This document shows positions 61,528 to 64,000 of a stretch of 64,000 nucleotides of DNA, piece by piece. This DNA is from Bacilli bacterium (lineage in GTDB: Bacteria > Bacillota_I > Bacilli_A > RF39 > UBA660). Each line of letters opens with the position of its first letter. Positions within the stretch are counted from its first letter, which is position 1. The notes under the pieces are model-generated. The model made no database searches, had not been told where the DNA came from, and saw nothing but the letters and a program-made list of their open reading frames with translations. Where the stretch lies: contig JAFUAL010000045.1 in the NCBI GenBank assembly GCA_017460745.1, positions 75,741 through 139,740 on the forward strand. The letters run 5' to 3'. The position numbers were made by a program, and so were the translations under genes.

Positions 61528-64000
61528 ATGAAAGATAAAAAAAGTTTTTTAATATTATTACCAGCATTGGTATTTGCACTTACCTTTACACTAATTTACG
61601 GATTTAGTGCATCATTTGCATGGAATACTGATACGGCAGTAGATTTAGGTGATGTGGTACCATCTGGTACAAAGTATAAGATGCTAAGAAAGAATACTTA
61701 TAGTTGGCATTTGATTACTCATAATTTTAGTAGTTTTAGTTCAACGAATGCATCTGGTACAAAATTAATCGAAACAGAAAGTAATATAAATGGTAAAAAG
61801 TATCAAGCAGTTGTTTTTTGTGCTGAGGAAGGAAAAACTTTATCATCAGATAGTAAAAGAACTAGATATTCACTTGATGATTCTAAAGTTACAGCTTTAA
61901 GTGCTAATAAAAAAAGTCAATTAAGTGCTGTTATGCCTTATATGTATCCTTATATAAATTTAGGAGCGACTTCAGGTGATTCTGGAACTTTAAAAGCGGT
62001 TTTAAAAAGTTCTGACAAAGGAATTGGCAGTACAGATTATGATAAGTATGAATTTGATAAATTAAATGTAAATGAAGCAATTACTGCTTCTCAAGCAGCA
62101 ATTTGGAATATTCAAAAAGGAAAAACATCTATTTATTATTCTTATAGAGGAACGATATCAAGTTTTTCTGCATTTGATAGTTGTGATGAGTACTATACAA
62201 ATAAAATTATTACTTCAGAAGAGGCAGCTTGGTATAATTCAAAGGGATGCAGTTCAGATGGTAATTTTTATAAATATGTTTATAGTCATAAAAAAGATAC
62301 ATATACAAAACAAAGAATAGATACTTTAATACAATGGTATATGTCAACACTTCAAACTAAATTGGCAAGTCTTGGAACAGCAGAATCAAAAACATTTAGT
62401 GTTACGGGTAATAATTTTGATTCATCAGCTAAGGTGTTAACAATAACTGCTAAAACTAATATTGATGATTATGAAATAACATTCAAGGATAATTCAGGAA
62501 ATACATTGGCAGCAACTAGAAGTGGAACAAGCGGCACTTATACTTATACAATATCGAATGTTCAAGATAATGTAAGTTCAGTTAATTGGGAAGTAAAAGC
62601 TAATGGAACAACGGATAATGTTTATTATTATAAAGCAAGTTCAGGACAAGACTTTATTGGATTGGAACGTGGTGGATATACTACAAGTGGAACAATTGTA
62701 ATCGAGAGAGTTCCTGAAAAAGCTAATCTTGTTCTTTACAAGGTTAGTGGAAGTGAAGATAAAATTATTGTAAAAGAACAAACTTCAGCAACTTATGAAT
62801 CAGCAACATGTGGAAGCAGTGAAACAGGATGTTTATCAAATGCTAAATTTGAATTATATTATAAATCAGGAGATAAAAAAGTTTTATATAAGGAAATAGA
62901 AACAAATTATAGTGATACTTCAAGTATTTTATTTACTGATTTGCCTCTTGGAACTTATTATTTAAGAGAAACTCAACCTGCTTATGGTTATGATTTATAT
63001 GCAAATGGAACAAGTATTTATGATGCAAGTGGTAATAATGTAGGTACAGTTGATGCAGAAGGATTTATTGAGATTGACTTAACATCATCAAAAACTATTG
63101 CAGTTGTTGTTAACAATGTCGCAACAGGTATTTGCTTTACAAAATTAGATGGTAAATCAGGAAGTCATGCTCTTGCTAATGCAAGATATCAAATAGAAGA
63201 TATAGATGGAATGGTTGTTGAAATATTTGACACATCTGCAAATAATGGTCAAGAAAAATATTGTGTTACAAATCTTCAAGCTGGATCATATTTTATTAGG
63301 GAAACTAAAGCACCAGAAGGGTATTCACTTGATACTAAAAAATATCATTTTGTATTGGGTAAGAGTGGTTCATCAATCGATAGTTTAGATGACGTAGGAA
63401 CATATACAACACTTACACCAACAAATGGACTTATAACGTTTACTGATGCAAAAGAAGTTGAAATATCAAAATCCGATATGACAACCGGTGCCTGTGTTCA
63501 AGGTGCTGAATTAGTTGTAAGAGATTCATCAGGCAATATAGTAAAAGATTCAACAGGACTTGAAATTGGTAAATGGACTTCAAAATGTACATGTGACGAT
63601 TCAACAACTGTTAGTGATGATGTTGAAGTATTAAATATAACTACATGTACAACAGGTTATAATGATTATTCGGATGGTGATGATGATTTAGGTGCTTATA
63701 TATGTACTGAAACTGAACAAGTTCAAACAAGCTGTGATGCTCATAAAATATCTCTTACTGCTGGTACATATACTTTAACTGAAACAATGACAGAAGAATT
63801 AAGACAACAAGGTTATTCATCTGAATCAGAAACAGTAACATTTACAGTAAAAGAAGATGGTACAGTTGCTGAGGCAGTAGATATGAAAGATGCACCTATT
63901 AAAGCATGTATTTATAAAGTTGAAAAAGGTTCGACTAAACCTCTTGCGGGTGCAACATTTAAATTATATAAAGAAGATGGAACTTTATATAAGACAATTA
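61528..64000 (+). CDS. large surface protein with thioester domain and SpaA/CnaB repeats (partial, runs off window; not in ORF track)
   Basis: GAGGT RBS, signal peptide, VFCAEEG + SQAAIW, LPLGTYYLRETQP, GSYFIRETKAPEGY. Confidence 0.8.
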   Translation, partial: MKDKKSFLILLPALVFALTFTLIYGFSASFAWNTDTAVDLGDVVPSGTKYKMLRKNTYSWHLITHNFSSFSSTNASGTKLIETESNINGKKYQAVVFCAEEGKTLSSDSKRTRYSLDDSKVTALSANKKSQLSAVMPYMYPYINLGATSGDSGTLKAVLKSSDKGIGSTDYDKYEFDKLNVNEAITASQAAIWNIQKGKTSIYYSYRGTISSFSAFDSCDEYYTNKIITSEEAAWYNSKGCSSDGNFYKYVYSHKKDTYTKQRIDTLIQWYMSTLQTKLASLGTAESKTFSVTGNNFDSSAKVLTITAKTNIDDYEITFKDNSGNTLAATRSGTSGTYTYTISNVQDNVSSVNWEVKANGTTDNVYYYKASSGQDFIGLERGGYTTSGTIVIERVPEKANLVLYKVSGSEDKIIVKEQTSATYESATCGSSETGCLSNAKFELYYKSGDKKVLYKEIETNYSDTSSILFTDLPLGTYYLRETQPAYGYDLYANGTSIYDASGNNVGTVDAEGFIEIDLTSSKTIAVVVNNVATGICFTKLDGKSGSHALANARYQIEDIDGMVVEIFDTSANNGQEKYCVTNLQAGSYFIRETKAPEGYSLDTKKYHFVLGKSGSSIDSLDDVGTYTTLTPTNGLITFTDAKEVEISKSDMTTGACVQGAELVVRDSSGNIVKDSTGLEIGKWTSKCTCDDSTTVSDDVEVLNITTCTTGYNDYSDGDDDLGAYICTETEQVQTSCDAHKISLTAGTYTLTETMTEELRQQGYSSESETVTFTVKEDGTVAEAVDMKDAPIKACIYKVEKGSTKPLAGATFKLYKEDGTLYKTI

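Noticed and set aside
7636-63388. Short overlapping ORFs (e.g. 7636-, 8880+, 13922-, 14421-, 20639+, 23616-, 24433-, 41311+, 41528-, 44690-, 46012-, 59280-, 62072+, 63206+)
   Set aside because: They are antisense or alternate-frame shadows of well-supported genes with no recognisable motif; 62072 and 63206 lie inside the long ORF from 61528.

Overview
Very AT-rich Bacillota (Bacilli-like) DNA using the standard genetic code. The main feature is a SpoVD-type class B penicillin-binding protein gene cut into three in-frame pieces (10390-11270, 29311-29475, 58786-59650) by two separate integrative elements, each with a large serine recombinase (LSR). Element 1 (11271-29310, 18,040 bp) sits in the Lys codon of the catalytic SxxK motif. 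It carries a type III restriction-modification (RM) system, a resolvase, a family B DNA polymerase, an unusual J-domain/SF3-helicase fusion and a HEPN protein, but no recognisable virion or conjugation genes. Element 2 (29476-58785, 29,310 bp) sits in the Asn codon of the SxN motif. It is an integrative conjugative element (ICE) with pilin, VirB6-like, frameshifted VirB4, M23 hydrolase, relaxase, VirD4, an adhesin with sortase, and an MTase plus DUF262-HNH pair. Both elements have inverted-repeat att arms centred on an AA dinucleotide. Precise excision of both would rebuild a ~636-aa SpoVD. Excision of element 2 would also fuse its recombinase in frame to a downstream two-domain ORF. Left of spoVD are a nuclease-rich accessory cluster, an ABC substrate-binding protein and rubrerythrin. 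Right of it are a CDP-alcohol phosphatidyltransferase, an XRE regulator, sepF and a large thioester-domain surface protein that runs off the window. Family assignments come from motifs read by eye; no searches were run.
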